Assembly (NCBI GenBank): GCA_963627465.1
Contig: CAVGBO010000016.1
Span: 13,159-77,158 of the forward strand
Source: Phocaeicola dorei
Lineage (GTDB): Bacteria; Bacillota; Clostridia; Christensenellales; Aristaeellaceae
DNA: 64,000 bases
Direction of reading: 5' to 3'
Positions 24,640-33,613 of the stretch are shown piece after piece; within the stretch, counting starts at the first letter, position 1; each line of letters opens with the position of its first letter. The notes under the pieces are model-generated. The model saw only the letters and a list, made by a program, of their open reading frames with translations. It searched no databases and had not been told where the DNA came from. A program made the translations under genes and the position numbers.

Positions 24640-26607
24640 TCATTCCGTGCGCTTCTTGGTACCTACGTAGATCAGCTTGCTCTGCGCCTTGTAGGTATCC
24701 GTAAAGAGCAATGTCCGCTCCACCGCCGTATCCCCGACGTATTTCACCCGGTAGCTTTCCACCTTGCAGCCATCCGCCGCCTTCCGAGCCACGTACTCTT
24801 CATCAGTGTAGGTCACGTAGGTCTGCTTGGTGTCCTTCACGTATTCCGGATCTTCAGGTGCGGTGAGGACTTCCACGGTCTGGCTTTGCAGCTCATACCG
24901 CACATCATCCCCCAGGCTTTCTCCATAGATGGAAACCTTGGCAATCAGCCGTTTCCGGTTGCTGGGATCACTCTGCACAGAAGCCACAAAGTACAGCGGG
25001 CTGTCCGTGCTGTTCTTGAATACCAGGTCAATCTTCCGGTTGCCTTCCCAGTACACGGTAGCATCCTCGCCATAAGCGGCATAGGATACCGACTTGGAGT
25101 GAGGCTCCCGGGTGATAATGTCCAGTCCAGCCTCCACCGCCGCCTGATACAGGGTGGTGCTGGCCTGGCAGGTGCCGCCGCCTACGCCCATGACTTCCGT
25201 GCCGTAAGCATACTCAATGGCCTCATAGAAGCCGTTGGCAACCGTCCGCTTGCCAACCACCGTATTGAAGGAGAACTTGCTGCCAGAATCCAGCACATAG
25301 CCGGAAATCAGTTCGAAGCACCGGCGAATATTGTTGGTACGATTCTCCGAGGATTTGCTGCTGATGGGGGTATACACGGAAGCACGAAGGGTGTACTTCT
25401 TCTTCAGCTCCTCCAGTGTTACCGTAGGAGCAATGGTATCCGGCTCAATCTCCACATCGCCGCTTTCCATGGTAGAAACCATCTGATACAGCTTTTCCTT
25501 CAAAGGCTCAATGTCCAAAGTGCGGCCTTCCACTGCATCCTGAAAGGTGAAGGGATCCGTCTTGTCCGGATCAAAGCTGACCAAGGTTGCATCCGTAGGA
25601 GCACGGTAGACAAGGTTCTTAATTTCGTTCAGCACCCCGTCCACCACGGAAGTATCGCCGCCGGGCATGGCCGTGTAACCCTCAAAGTGGGTTACAAGCA
25701 GCTGCTCCATAGCTTCCTTCCGCTGGTACACATCGCCCGTGTGCCCCTGTGCCCAGGCCTGATTCATCACATCCGCCACGTCCACGGTCATGCCTAGCTG
25801 GCTGGCCGTGAGGGTAGTGACCACCTGTCCCTGATAGGTAAGGTTCACGTACCAGGAATCATTTCTTGTCTGCGCCTGCGCCGTGACAGCGGCGACACCT
25901 TCTTCTGCCGTCATGCCCTCAAGGGCAATGCCATCCACGAACACGCCGGGGCAGAAAACATTGTCGTAAGCCGTTACAGCCGACCGAAGCTGTGCATCCT
26001 GATGATAGTAATAAGCACCTACGCCAATGGCAATCACCAACACTGCCGCCACAAGGATAACGATCCAGTTGTTTCCACGCTTCTGCGGCGGTTCTCCGCC
26101 ATTGCTCATAGGCAGATCAGGGTGCTTGGGCGGAATGTAGCCAGTGGTGTGCTGATAATTCTGCTGTGTCCCCTGTCGCTCCACACCATAGCCCGGCTGT
26201 TGGGGCTGATAAACAGGCTGCTGGTAATACGCAGGCTGCGACTGCACCGCTTGCCCTGCGTAAGCAGGTCGCTGCTGCGGCTGTGCAGGCGTCTGCTGAT
26301 ACGAAGCTTGGAATCTCGGTTGGCTGTTCGGCTGATTTGCCGCTTGTGTCGGCTGATAAGTCTGCCGTGCCTGAGGCTGAGGCATTTGCTGCACAGGCTG
26401 GTTCACCTGCTGCCTTGTTGCCGCCGGATTACCTTGCTGTCGAAAGCTGTTTTGCGGGGTATAGTTTGAAGCTCCGGACGTTGTAGGCACGCCCTGGCGA
26501 GGCTGTTGATACGCCGCAGCCTGCTGCAGCGGGGCAGCAGACGACTCCTGCTGCGTCAGCCGTGCTGACTGGGTACGCCGCCGCGGCTGAGAATAGCCGT
26601 TGTTCAA
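24640..26607 (-). CDS. VanW-domain protein with Q/P/Y-rich cytoplasmic N-terminus and one TM
   Basis: VanW core FSFNTVVGKRTVANGFYEAIEYAYGTEVMGVGGGTCQASTTLYQAAVEAGLDIITREPHS. TM helix WIVILVAAVLVIAIGVGAYYY. TTG start behind the RBS AAAGGAGG, overlapping the PHP gene stop (TTGA). Confidence 0.85.
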   Translation of the reverse strand: MNNGYSQPRRRTQSARLTQQESSAAPLQQAAAYQQPRQGVPTTSGASNYTPQNSFRQQGNPAATRQQVNQPVQQMPQPQARQTYQPTQAANQPNSQPRFQASYQQTPAQPQQRPAYAGQAVQSQPAYYQQPVYQPQQPGYGVERQGTQQNYQHTTGYIPPKHPDLPMSNGGEPPQKRGNNWIVILVAAVLVIAIGVGAYYYHQDAQLRSAVTAYDNVFCPGVFVDGIALEGMTAEEGVAAVTAQAQTRNDSWYVNLTYQGQVVTTLTASQLGMTVDVADVMNQAWAQGHTGDVYQRKEAMEQLLVTHFEGYTAMPGGDTSVVDGVLNEIKNLVYRAPTDATLVSFDPDKTDPFTFQDAVEGRTLDIEPLKEKLYQMVSTMESGDVEIEPDTIAPTVTLEELKKKYTLRASVYTPISSKSSENRTNNIRRCFELISGYVLDSGSKFSFNTVVGKRTVANGFYEAIEYAYGTEVMGVGGGTCQASTTLYQAAVEAGLDIITREPHSKSVSYAAYGEDATVYWEGNRKIDLVFKNSTDSPLYFVASVQSDPSNRKRLIAKVSIYGESLGDDVRYELQSQTVEVLTAPEDPEYVKDTKQTYVTYTDEEYVARKAADGCKVESYRVKYVGDTAVERTLLFTDTYKAQSKLIYVGTKKRTE

Positions 26608-27476
26608 GCCTCAAAGCCTCCTTTCGCAAACGTATCATACTGTTGTTTTTGCTGCTTCATTGCATCCAGCAAAGCGTCAAAGTCTTCCTGCATGCCGATC
26701 CATGCCGCAGCTGTGCAGCCCGGCAAGCCGTGTCGATCCCCTTCCCAGTGGAAGTCGCTGCCGCCGGTCACAAGCAGACCCAAGCGACGAGCCATGTGGT
26801 CAAGAGTTGCATATCCTTTCGCTTCAGCGGAAGGATGATACACTTCCAGCCCCATGAGCCCCTGTTCCCGCCACGTTTCCAGCAGCATGGACAGGGTTTG
26901 GTCACCCATGCCCATCAGCCGGGGATGTGCCAGCACAGGCACGAAGCCGCTTTGCCGCATGAGGTGCAATGCATCTTTCAGGCAGAGCCTTTCCCCTGCC
27001 ACGAAGCAGCTGCATCCGTCCCCCAGATAGCGTTGGAAGGCTTCCTCGCAGCTGTGCACATAGCCCTTCTGCACAAGCATTTGCGCAATGTGCGGCCGCC
27101 CTACGCTGCCTTTGCAGGATGCGAAAAGCTCTGCTTCATCCAGGGGCATGCCTTTTTCACGCAGAAGGTCAAGCATCTGCCTGGCACGCTCCACACGGGC
27201 AACAGACAAAGCCTCCACCCTCTGATGCAGCGGCGTGTCGCTGGTCAGGCCATATCCTAAGAGATGCATATTCTTACGGTCGGCCATGCTCATTTCCACG
27301 CCTTGCACCACATCAATGGGCAGGGTACGACCTTGCAGCTGTTCGTAGCCCTTGAACGTGTCGTGATCGGTCACAGCCATCACGTCCACGCCCAGGCTGT
27401 GCGCTTTTCCCACCAGTTCCCATGGCGTTAAGGCACCATCGGAACTGGTGGTATGCAAGTGAAGATCAATTTTCAT
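26604..27476 (-). CDS. PHP-domain phosphoesterase (TrpH/YciV-like)
   Basis: MKIDLHLHTTSSDGALTPWELV..GVDVMAVTDHDT, later LAHP and GGSDFH motifs. Confidence 0.85.
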   Translation of the reverse strand: MKIDLHLHTTSSDGALTPWELVGKAHSLGVDVMAVTDHDTFKGYEQLQGRTLPIDVVQGVEMSMADRKNMHLLGYGLTSDTPLHQRVEALSVARVERARQMLDLLREKGMPLDEAELFASCKGSVGRPHIAQMLVQKGYVHSCEEAFQRYLGDGCSCFVAGERLCLKDALHLMRQSGFVPVLAHPRLMGMGDQTLSMLLETWREQGLMGLEVYHPSAEAKGYATLDHMARRLGLLVTGGSDFHWEGDRHGLPGCTAAAWIGMQEDFDALLDAMKQQKQQYDTFAKGGFEA

Positions 27477-27481
27477 GAAAT

Positions 27482-29494
27482 TCAGTCGTCCCCGGACAGG
27501 TTGCTGAAGGACATCACATGTTCCGGAATCTCATGCTTCTCCTCATCCGTTTCAGGTGCTTTCTTTTCCTCGTGAGGAATGGGTGCTTCCGGCTGGGGCT
27601 TGTCATCATCCAGCCCTTCCGGAATCGTGCCAGTTTCCATCAGTGCCACAAACTCCTTGCGGCTTACCGTATTCTGCTCCAGCAGGGCAGCCACCAGCTG
27701 ATCCATCCGATCTCGATGCTCACGAAGCACCTGCTTGGCACGCTCGTAGCACTCTGCCAGTATCCGACGGACTTCCTCGTCAATCTCCGCTGCAACCTTT
27801 TCGGAATATTCACGGCTCTGGCCGAACTCCATGCCCACGAATACTTCCTGATCGCTGCCCAGATAGACCGTGCCCAGCTTATCGCTCATGCCGAACTGGG
27901 TCACCATCTTGCGGCACATTTCCGTTGCACGCTTCAGGTCAGAAGAAGAGCCGGTGTAGATTTCGTTCAGCACCACTTCCTCTGCTGCGTGGCCGCCCAA
28001 CATCATGCAGATTTGATCCAGCAGCTGGGAGCGGCTCAGGTTGTCCCGCTCTTCCCCAGGCAGAGCCAGGGTATGACCAGCGGCCTGTCCACGGGGCACA
28101 ATGGTGATCAGGTGCACTTCATCGCACCCGGGCAGGAAGTGTCCCACCAGCGCATGACCGCTTTCGTGAATGGCCACCATCCGCTTGTCGGAATCGCTAA
28201 CCTTGTGGCTCCGCTTTTCAGGACCCATCTGTACCCGGGCAATGGCATCAATCAGCAACTGCTGGGTGATCTCCTTGCTCCGTGCACGGGCGGCAAGAAT
28301 AGCTGCCTCGTTCATCACATTTTCCAGTTCAGCGCCGGTAGCAAAGGGAACCCGCTTGGCGATGTTCCGCAGATCCACGTCCTTGGCCAGGGGCTTGCCC
28401 TTGCTGTGCACCTTCAGGATAGCTACACGACCGTCAATATCCGGATAGTTTACCGTCACCTGACGGTCAAAGCGGCCGGGACGCAGCAGTGCCGGATCCA
28501 GAATATCCCGGCGGTTGGTAGCCGCCATAACGATGACACCCTCATTGATGGCGAAACCGTCCATTTCCACCAGCAGCTGATTCAGGGTCTGCTCCCGTTC
28601 ATCATGACCGCCGCCAAGGCCTGCACCACGGTGCCGACCTACGGCATCAATTTCATCGATGAAGACAATGGAAGGAGCAGCCTTCTTTGCCGTTTCAAAC
28701 AGGTCACGCACCCGGCTGGCGCCAACGCCAACGAACATTTCCACAAAGTCAGAGCCGGAAATGGAGAAGAAGGGCACGCCTGCTTCCCCAGCCACTGCCT
28801 TGGCCAACAGGGTTTTGCCTGTGCCGGGAGGACCCACCAGCAGTACGCCCTTAGGAATGCGGGCACCCATCTCGATATAGTGCTTCGGATTGCGGAGGAA
28901 GTCCACCATTTCCTGCAGTTCTTCCTTCTCCTCATCCGCACCGGCCACATCGGCAAAGGTGACCTTGTTCTTGCCGGGCTCCTGCATTCTGGCACGGCTC
29001 TTGCCAAAGCTCATCACCTTGCCATTGCCGCCTGCCTGTCCACGCATCATCAGATACCAGAACAGCAGGAAGATCACCGAGATTACAATCATGGGCAGGA
29101 ACTCCACCCACCAGGAGGTCTGCACCGGTGCACGGTATTCCACCGTGAAGCTCAGGTCATTCACCGTCACTTCATCCAGTGCCTTGCCTTGCTTGTTGGC
29201 CTCCATCTGCCGCACCGTGTCAATAAAGTCGCTGCCAATGGTGGTTTCAAAGTCATACTGCCGATCCGGGAAGTTGGATGCCGCCACGGTGGTATTTGTC
29301 TTTAAGCCCACCAAGGACGTGCCCCGAATGGCGACCCTGCTCACCTGACCGTTCTCGATCATTTGCAGCAGCTGCGGATATTCGATGCGCTTATTTTCCT
29401 GGGTGCCCATGCCGCCGTTAAGCAGAATGGCAATAATCAGGAAGGTGGCAATCACCACCACATAGCCCATCAATCCCTTTGAAGATTTCTTCAA
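27482..29494 (-). CDS. ftsH: ATP-dependent zinc metalloprotease FtsH
   Basis: Two N-terminal TMs. AAA+ Walker [19 protein letters not shown], Walker [13 protein letters not shown] region, zinc motif HESGHAL. Confidence 0.95.
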   Translation of the reverse strand: MKKSSKGLMGYVVVIATFLIIAILLNGGMGTQENKRIEYPQLLQMIENGQVSRVAIRGTSLVGLKTNTTVAASNFPDRQYDFETTIGSDFIDTVRQMEANKQGKALDEVTVNDLSFTVEYRAPVQTSWWVEFLPMIVISVIFLLFWYLMMRGQAGGNGKVMSFGKSRARMQEPGKNKVTFADVAGADEEKEELQEMVDFLRNPKHYIEMGARIPKGVLLVGPPGTGKTLLAKAVAGEAGVPFFSISGSDFVEMFVGVGASRVRDLFETAKKAAPSIVFIDEIDAVGRHRGAGLGGGHDEREQTLNQLLVEMDGFAINEGVIVMAATNRRDILDPALLRPGRFDRQVTVNYPDIDGRVAILKVHSKGKPLAKDVDLRNIAKRVPFATGAELENVMNEAAILAARARSKEITQQLLIDAIARVQMGPEKRSHKVSDSDKRMVAIHESGHALVGHFLPGCDEVHLITIVPRGQAAGHTLALPGEERDNLSRSQLLDQICMMLGGHAAEEVVLNEIYTGSSSDLKRATEMCRKMVTQFGMSDKLGTVYLGSDQEVFVGMEFGQSREYSEKVAAEIDEEVRRILAECYERAKQVLREHRDRMDQLVAALLEQNTVSRKEFVALMETGTIPEGLDDDKPQPEAPIPHEEKKAPETDEEKHEIPEHVMSFSNLSGDD

Positions 29495-29530
29495 AATGTT
29501 GTCCTCCTTCAGTCAGAAGCAGTCCGATTG

Positions 29531-30094
29531 TCAGTCTTCGCCACCGTAAATCTTGGGGCTGAGCACGCCGATCAGCGGCAGGTTGCGGTACTTTTCATCA
29601 TAGTCCAGACCATAGCCTACCACAAACTCGTCCGGGATTTCAAAGCAGGAATAGTCCGCCTTCAAATCCACCCGACGACGAGCAGGCTTATCCAGCAAGG
29701 TGGCAATCTTAATGGAGGCAGCGCCCCGATCCTGAAGCATGTTCTTCAGATAATTCAGCGTAATGCCGGAGTCCACAATGTCCTCCACAATCAGCACGTC
29801 CACGCCGTTCAGGCTGCAACTCAAATCCTTGATGATCTTCACCACGCCGGTGGTTTCCGTGGAACGGCCATAGCTGGAAACGACCATGAAGTCTGTCTTC
29901 AGCGGCAGATCAATTTCACGAATCAAGTCCGCATAGAAAACCACAGCACCCTTCAGAATGCCAACGAGCATCGGTTCCTTGCCCTGATAGTCGGCGGTGA
30001 TCTTTTTGCCCAGTGCCTTGACCGCCTGATGAATCTCCTCGCTTGATACCAGTACCTTGCTCAAATCCTGATAGATCTTAGCATCCTGTTCCAT
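29531..30094 (-). CDS. hpt: Hypoxanthine phosphoribosyltransferase
   Basis: PRPP-binding motif [14 protein letters not shown] and C-terminal [24 protein letters not shown]. Confidence 0.95.
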   Translation of the reverse strand: MEQDAKIYQDLSKVLVSSEEIHQAVKALGKKITADYQGKEPMLVGILKGAVVFYADLIREIDLPLKTDFMVVSSYGRSTETTGVVKIIKDLSCSLNGVDVLIVEDIVDSGITLNYLKNMLQDRGAASIKIATLLDKPARRRVDLKADYSCFEIPDEFVVGYGLDYDEKYRNLPLIGVLSPKIYGGED

Positions 30095-30117
30095 GCTGTT
30101 CTTCTCCTTTTATTGCC

Positions 30118-31437
30118 TTATTGATGGATAAGCCAAGGCATTTCGCCTGACCAAATCGCTTTGAGGAAACCTTCCTGCCATCGTGGCACATGACCTGCTC
30201 CCACACCGCACACCAGCAACACTTCCTGCCCCATGCAGAGCAAGGGAAGCTGATCCCGGAAGGGAGCGTCAATCTTGTGATCCACCAAATAATCCTGCAG
30301 GGACTGCCTACCCTCCTGACCGAAGGGGCGGATAAAATCCCCTTGCTGCCGTGTTCTAAGCACAGCGTCCTGCACCATGACCGCCGGAAGTGCTTGGCAG
30401 GTTTTCCCGTTGCCCGGTGCGTTTGCCAAGGATTCAATGGTCAACTTCACCTTGCCCATGGCGTAGCAGCCTGCGCCATGAACATGTACGGGCGTACACA
30501 GCTTTTTTTCTTCCACCAGATGAAGGTGGGTATAGCCTCGGTACGCCTTCGCATCTTGCGGCAGGGTGCACTGTGCACCTACCGGGGCATCCAGCAAGGA
30601 AGCGAGTCCTTGGGTATGGGCTGCATCCAGTACCGAATGGCATTGGCTTTGCCACCACAGCCTAAGCATCCTTGTCCGCACTGCCGGCGTTTGCTTTTGC
30701 AGCAGTGGCAAAGGAAAATAGGTGCTCAAGTCCGTTGGCATCTGTTCCTGTGCCAGCATGTTCAGTGCGTCACTGTCCCATTGAAGGAGCTCTGCCGTTT
30801 GCCCCATTCGCTCGGCAATGCCGGGGGCAAGGGATTCCAGCAAAGGTATGACCTGATGCCGCACCCGATTGCGCAGGTAGACATCTGTTGCGTTGCTGGT
30901 GTCTTCTCGCCAAGGCTGTCCTGCTTGCTGCAAGGCGTCAACCATTTCTGCTTTGCTGACATGCAGCAGTGGCCGCAGCACGGTCATGCCGTTCATCTGC
31001 GATTGCTGCCGCATACCACACAGGCCATCCAGCCCGGTTCCTCGCATCAGGTGCATCAGTAGGGTTTCCGCCTGATCTTCCCGGTGATGAGCAAGCACCA
31101 GCGCATCTGCACCGCTTTGCTTCATGGCCTGCCGAAAGGCGGCATACCGTGCCTCCCGAGCCCATCCTTCCCCAGGGTTTGCCGGAGGGGTTAGATGAAA
31201 AACAGAACACGGTATGTTTTGCTTCCTACAGAAGTCTGTTACAAAGGCTTCGTCCTCGTCCGCTGCCTGCCCTCGCAATCCGTGATTCACATGCACGGCT
31301 TCCAGCATCACCTGGCCACGGTTGCGAAGCTCCAGCAGTGCGCTGCACAATGCCATGGAATCTGCTCCGCCGGACAAGCCCACAAGCATTTTCCCTTCCA
31401 TCCAAGAAAGGGAATCTGCCAGCTTTTCAAGGGTCAT
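30118..31437 (-). CDS. tilS: tRNA(Ile)-lysidine synthetase TilS
   Basis: PP-loop LVGLSGGADSMAL, VNHGLRG, LAHHREDQAETLLMHLMRG. Sits in the conserved tilS-hpt-ftsH order. Confidence 0.9.
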   Translation of the reverse strand: MTLEKLADSLSWMEGKMLVGLSGGADSMALCSALLELRNRGQVMLEAVHVNHGLRGQAADEDEAFVTDFCRKQNIPCSVFHLTPPANPGEGWAREARYAAFRQAMKQSGADALVLAHHREDQAETLLMHLMRGTGLDGLCGMRQQSQMNGMTVLRPLLHVSKAEMVDALQQAGQPWREDTSNATDVYLRNRVRHQVIPLLESLAPGIAERMGQTAELLQWDSDALNMLAQEQMPTDLSTYFPLPLLQKQTPAVRTRMLRLWWQSQCHSVLDAAHTQGLASLLDAPVGAQCTLPQDAKAYRGYTHLHLVEEKKLCTPVHVHGAGCYAMGKVKLTIESLANAPGNGKTCQALPAVMVQDAVLRTRQQGDFIRPFGQEGRQSLQDYLVDHKIDAPFRDQLPLLCMGQEVLLVCGVGAGHVPRWQEGFLKAIWSGEMPWLIHQ

Positions 31438-31453
31438 GCTTCACACTCCTTGC

Positions 31454-32959
31454 TTAACGAAGGGGTGCATTGCACACATTGCATGCAGTCAAGTCCTTGT
31501 AAGCGTCGTCGTTGATCTCGCCGTACGTGAAGCTCTTCATGTACTGATAATAGCTGGAATGGATGGAGCGGCAGTGTTCATCCGCATGATACTTGGTGCC
31601 GCCCTTGGAATTATAGTACAGCACCGTGCTGGCAGATGTATTGGTGGAATCCTGCACAGTAGGTGTTGCCGTCGGTTCCGGAGTGGCGGTGGAAATGTCC
31701 TCCAAGGTAGAAAGAGACTTGGGGTCTACATACCAAGTTTCGTTTTCCTTCACCATCACCACTGACAGGCGATACAGCTCGGCATCCTTACCGTTATTCT
31801 TGTTGATGGTTGCCTTCACGGTTACCGTACGGGTCGTGTCATTATCCGTGCCGGAGATTTTCTCCATGGTATAATCTTCAGGCGTACGGTTGGCTAGAAT
31901 TTGATACAGTGCCTTCTTCGGCTCGCTGACGCTGCTCTGCCAAGAAGGAGAGCACAGGGACACCATGTCGTCGTGATGGTTTACCTTCCAGAAGTAGAAG
32001 AAGGATTCCAGCTGCGCCACTGCCTCGCTTTGCAGCCCATCATCTTCAGGGGCTGGGGTAGCAGTAGGCACGTCCGTAGCAACCAGCACGCCGAGGGAAT
32101 CAGGATCGTCCCCTCCCGTGGTGCTGTTAGCGGAAAGCACCGCTGTACCGGAGTCTGCTGTGCTGGAAGCAGGCGGCGTAACGCCCCTTGACCGGGTACT
32201 GTCCGCCGGTGCGCTGGAAGTCAGCGCACTTACCAGTGCCACCACAGCCAGCGCCGCATACACCACAGAAAGGGTTGTGCGCAAGTTTGAAGACACCACA
32301 GGGCGCACCCAAATCATGACCACAGCCACCACAGCCAGGCCAATAAACACCCACTTCAAAGGTGTCAGTGACAAAGCCATGCCCAGCACGAACAGCAGCG
32401 GTACCACGCCGAAGACCAGAATCTTGATGATCAATTCAGGATCAAACTGCTTTCCAGCTTTTTGCGGCTGCATCTGCTGCTGAGGAGGATACTGATACGT
32501 GCCTCCATTCTGCTGAGGATAGCCCTGCTGAGGCTGACCGTAACCCTGTTGGGGTTGGGCATAGCCTTGCTGGGCATAGCCCTGCTGAGGCTGACCGTAG
32601 CCTTGCCGGGGTTGAGCGTAGCCCTGCTGGGCGTACCCTTGCTGAGGCTGGGCATAACCTTGCTGGGCGTAGCCCTGAGGCTGTACATAGCCTTGGCGAG
32701 GTTGCGCATAGCCTTGCTGAGGCTGCGTGTACCCTTGCTGGCTATAACCCTGCTGCGGCTGGGTGTAGCCTTGCTGCGTGTATCCCTGCTGAGGCTGACT
32801 GTAACCTTGGCCGGTATAACCCTGCTGTGCATAGCCCTGCTGGGGCTGGGAATAATTCTGCTGGGTATAGCCGTAATTTTGTTGGCCATACGCCTGCTGA
32901 GGGTTGGCCGTTTGGCGACCATAAGGATTATTGTTTTCATTGGAACGGCTGCCGTTCAT
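31454..32959 (-). CDS. Q/G/Y-repeat membrane protein: low-complexity cytoplasmic N-terminus, 2-3 TMs, extracytoplasmic NTF2-like region and a C-terminal H/C3 motif
   Basis: ATG 32959 follows the RBS GGAGG. About 150 aa of (Q)PQQGY(A/T)QQGY repeats. TM helices [20 protein letters not shown] and [15 protein letters not shown]. Tail [16 protein letters not shown]...[10 protein letters not shown]. Confidence 0.6.
   Translation of the reverse strand: MNGSRSNENNNPYGRQTANPQQAYGQQNYGYTQQNYSQPQQGYAQQGYTGQGYSQPQQGYTQQGYTQPQQGYSQQGYTQPQQGYAQPRQGYVQPQGYAQQGYAQPQQGYAQQGYAQPRQGYGQPQQGYAQQGYAQPQQGYGQPQQGYPQQNGGTYQYPPQQQMQPQKAGKQFDPELIIKILVFGVVPLLFVLGMALSLTPLKWVFIGLAVVAVVMIWVRPVVSSNLRTTLSVVYAALAVVALVSALTSSAPADSTRSRGVTPPASSTADSGTAVLSANSTTGGDDPDSLGVLVATDVPTATPAPEDDGLQSEAVAQLESFFYFWKVNHHDDMVSLCSPSWQSSVSEPKKALYQILANRTPEDYTMEKISGTDNDTTRTVTVKATINKNNGKDAELYRLSVVMVKENETWYVDPKSLSTLEDISTATPEPTATPTVQDSTNTSASTVLYYNSKGGTKYHADEHCRSIHSSYYQYMKSFTYGEINDDAYKDLTACNVCNAPLR
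32453..32905 (-). repeat. Degenerate in-frame tandem repeat (about 15-33 nt units) encoding the [11 protein letters not shown] array
   Basis: The plus strand shows reiterated CTGCTG(A/G)GGCTG..GTAGCCTTGCTGGGC(A/G)TAGCC units across about 450 nt. Confidence 0.8.
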
Positions 32960-33090
32960 CCTCAGACCTCCTCTCTCCTCATCAGCATGGCAATACAAGC
33001 CTGCCATGCTGTCAAAGGATGATGCGATTCCGCTTCATCCGTAAACAACGAAATGTCAAATAAGGAATGTGGATGGACATTCCTCTGCCT

Positions 33091-33120
33091 ATTATGCGGT
33101 AACATTTGCGCTCTTGTCAA
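33091..33120 (-). promoter_or_regulatory. Possible promoter for the Q/G/Y-protein/tilS/hpt/ftsH transcription unit
   Basis: On the minus strand: TTGACA, 18-nt spacer, CATAAT. It would give a leader of about 125 nt containing the hairpin GGAATGT/ACATTCC. Confidence 0.3.
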
Positions 33121-33142
33121 GTAATCATCCGTCAAAAGGACA

Positions 33143-33192
33143 GGAAAAAAGGCTGCGGCGCAAAAAGTTTTACAACTTTCTGTGCCGCAGCC
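33143..33192 (-). terminator. Rho-independent terminator after rsfS
   Basis: 9-bp stem GGCTGCGGC / GCCGCAGCC followed on the minus strand by TTTTTTCC. Confidence 0.65.
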
Positions 33193-33225
33193 CATCTTAT
33201 GTGATGATTGATTCATGCAAGTTCG

Positions 33226-33588
33226 TCATTCTACAGTCTGATCAAACGGGAGCACCAGACGATTTGTTCCATCCTCCCACAGCCGTTCCAGATTGTAGTA
33301 AGCACGTTCTTCCTGATGGAAGAGCTGCACAAGAATATGACCGTAGTCCATGACGATCCACCGGCCTTCGCCCTGACCTTCCATGCGGCGCAGGGCAAGC
33401 CCTTCCTTGGCCATGCGTTCATCCACTTCATCCGCCAGTGCCTTCACCAGGTTGGCATTCCTGCCGGAGGCAATGACCATGTAATCCGTAATCACCGTCA
33501 AGTGACCCACGTTCAGTGCCACAATGTCCTGTGCCTTCCGCTCGTACAATGCCTTTGCGATTTCCTGAACCAATGCGTTATCCTGCAT
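33226..33588 (-). CDS. rsfS: Ribosome silencing factor RsfS
   Basis: 120 aa. IAKALYERKAQDIVALNVGHLTVITDYMVIASGRNANLVKALADEV..., WIVMDYGHILVQLFHQEERAYYNLERLW. Confidence 0.9.
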   Translation of the reverse strand: MQDNALVQEIAKALYERKAQDIVALNVGHLTVITDYMVIASGRNANLVKALADEVDERMAKEGLALRRMEGQGEGRWIVMDYGHILVQLFHQEERAYYNLERLWEDGTNRLVLPFDQTVE

Positions 33589-33613
33589 AAACTTCCTCCT
33601 TCTTTATGATGGC

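Noticed and set aside
27518-29305. 595-aa plus-strand ORF opposite ftsH (and the analogous 48934-50538, 6353-7543, 3676-4590, 15515-16480, 24568-25797, 52021-53250, 54606-55646, 57440-58498, 20687-21544 and 47184-48119)
   Set aside because: Same reasoning: each lies fully within a confidently identified gene on the other strand and shows shadow-ORF composition.
32453-32905. Possible CRISPR-like or intergenic repeat array
   Set aside because: The repeats are contiguous, with no unique spacers. They are degenerate and in frame, and lie inside a long ORF encoding a Q/G/Y peptide repeat. No cas genes are present.
32462-33022. 186-aa Leu-rich plus-strand ORF over the repeat region
   Set aside because: It is the antisense reading of the CAG/CCC-rich repeat (CTG gives Leu). 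It has no RBS and overlaps the better-supported minus-strand gene, including that gene's RBS and start.
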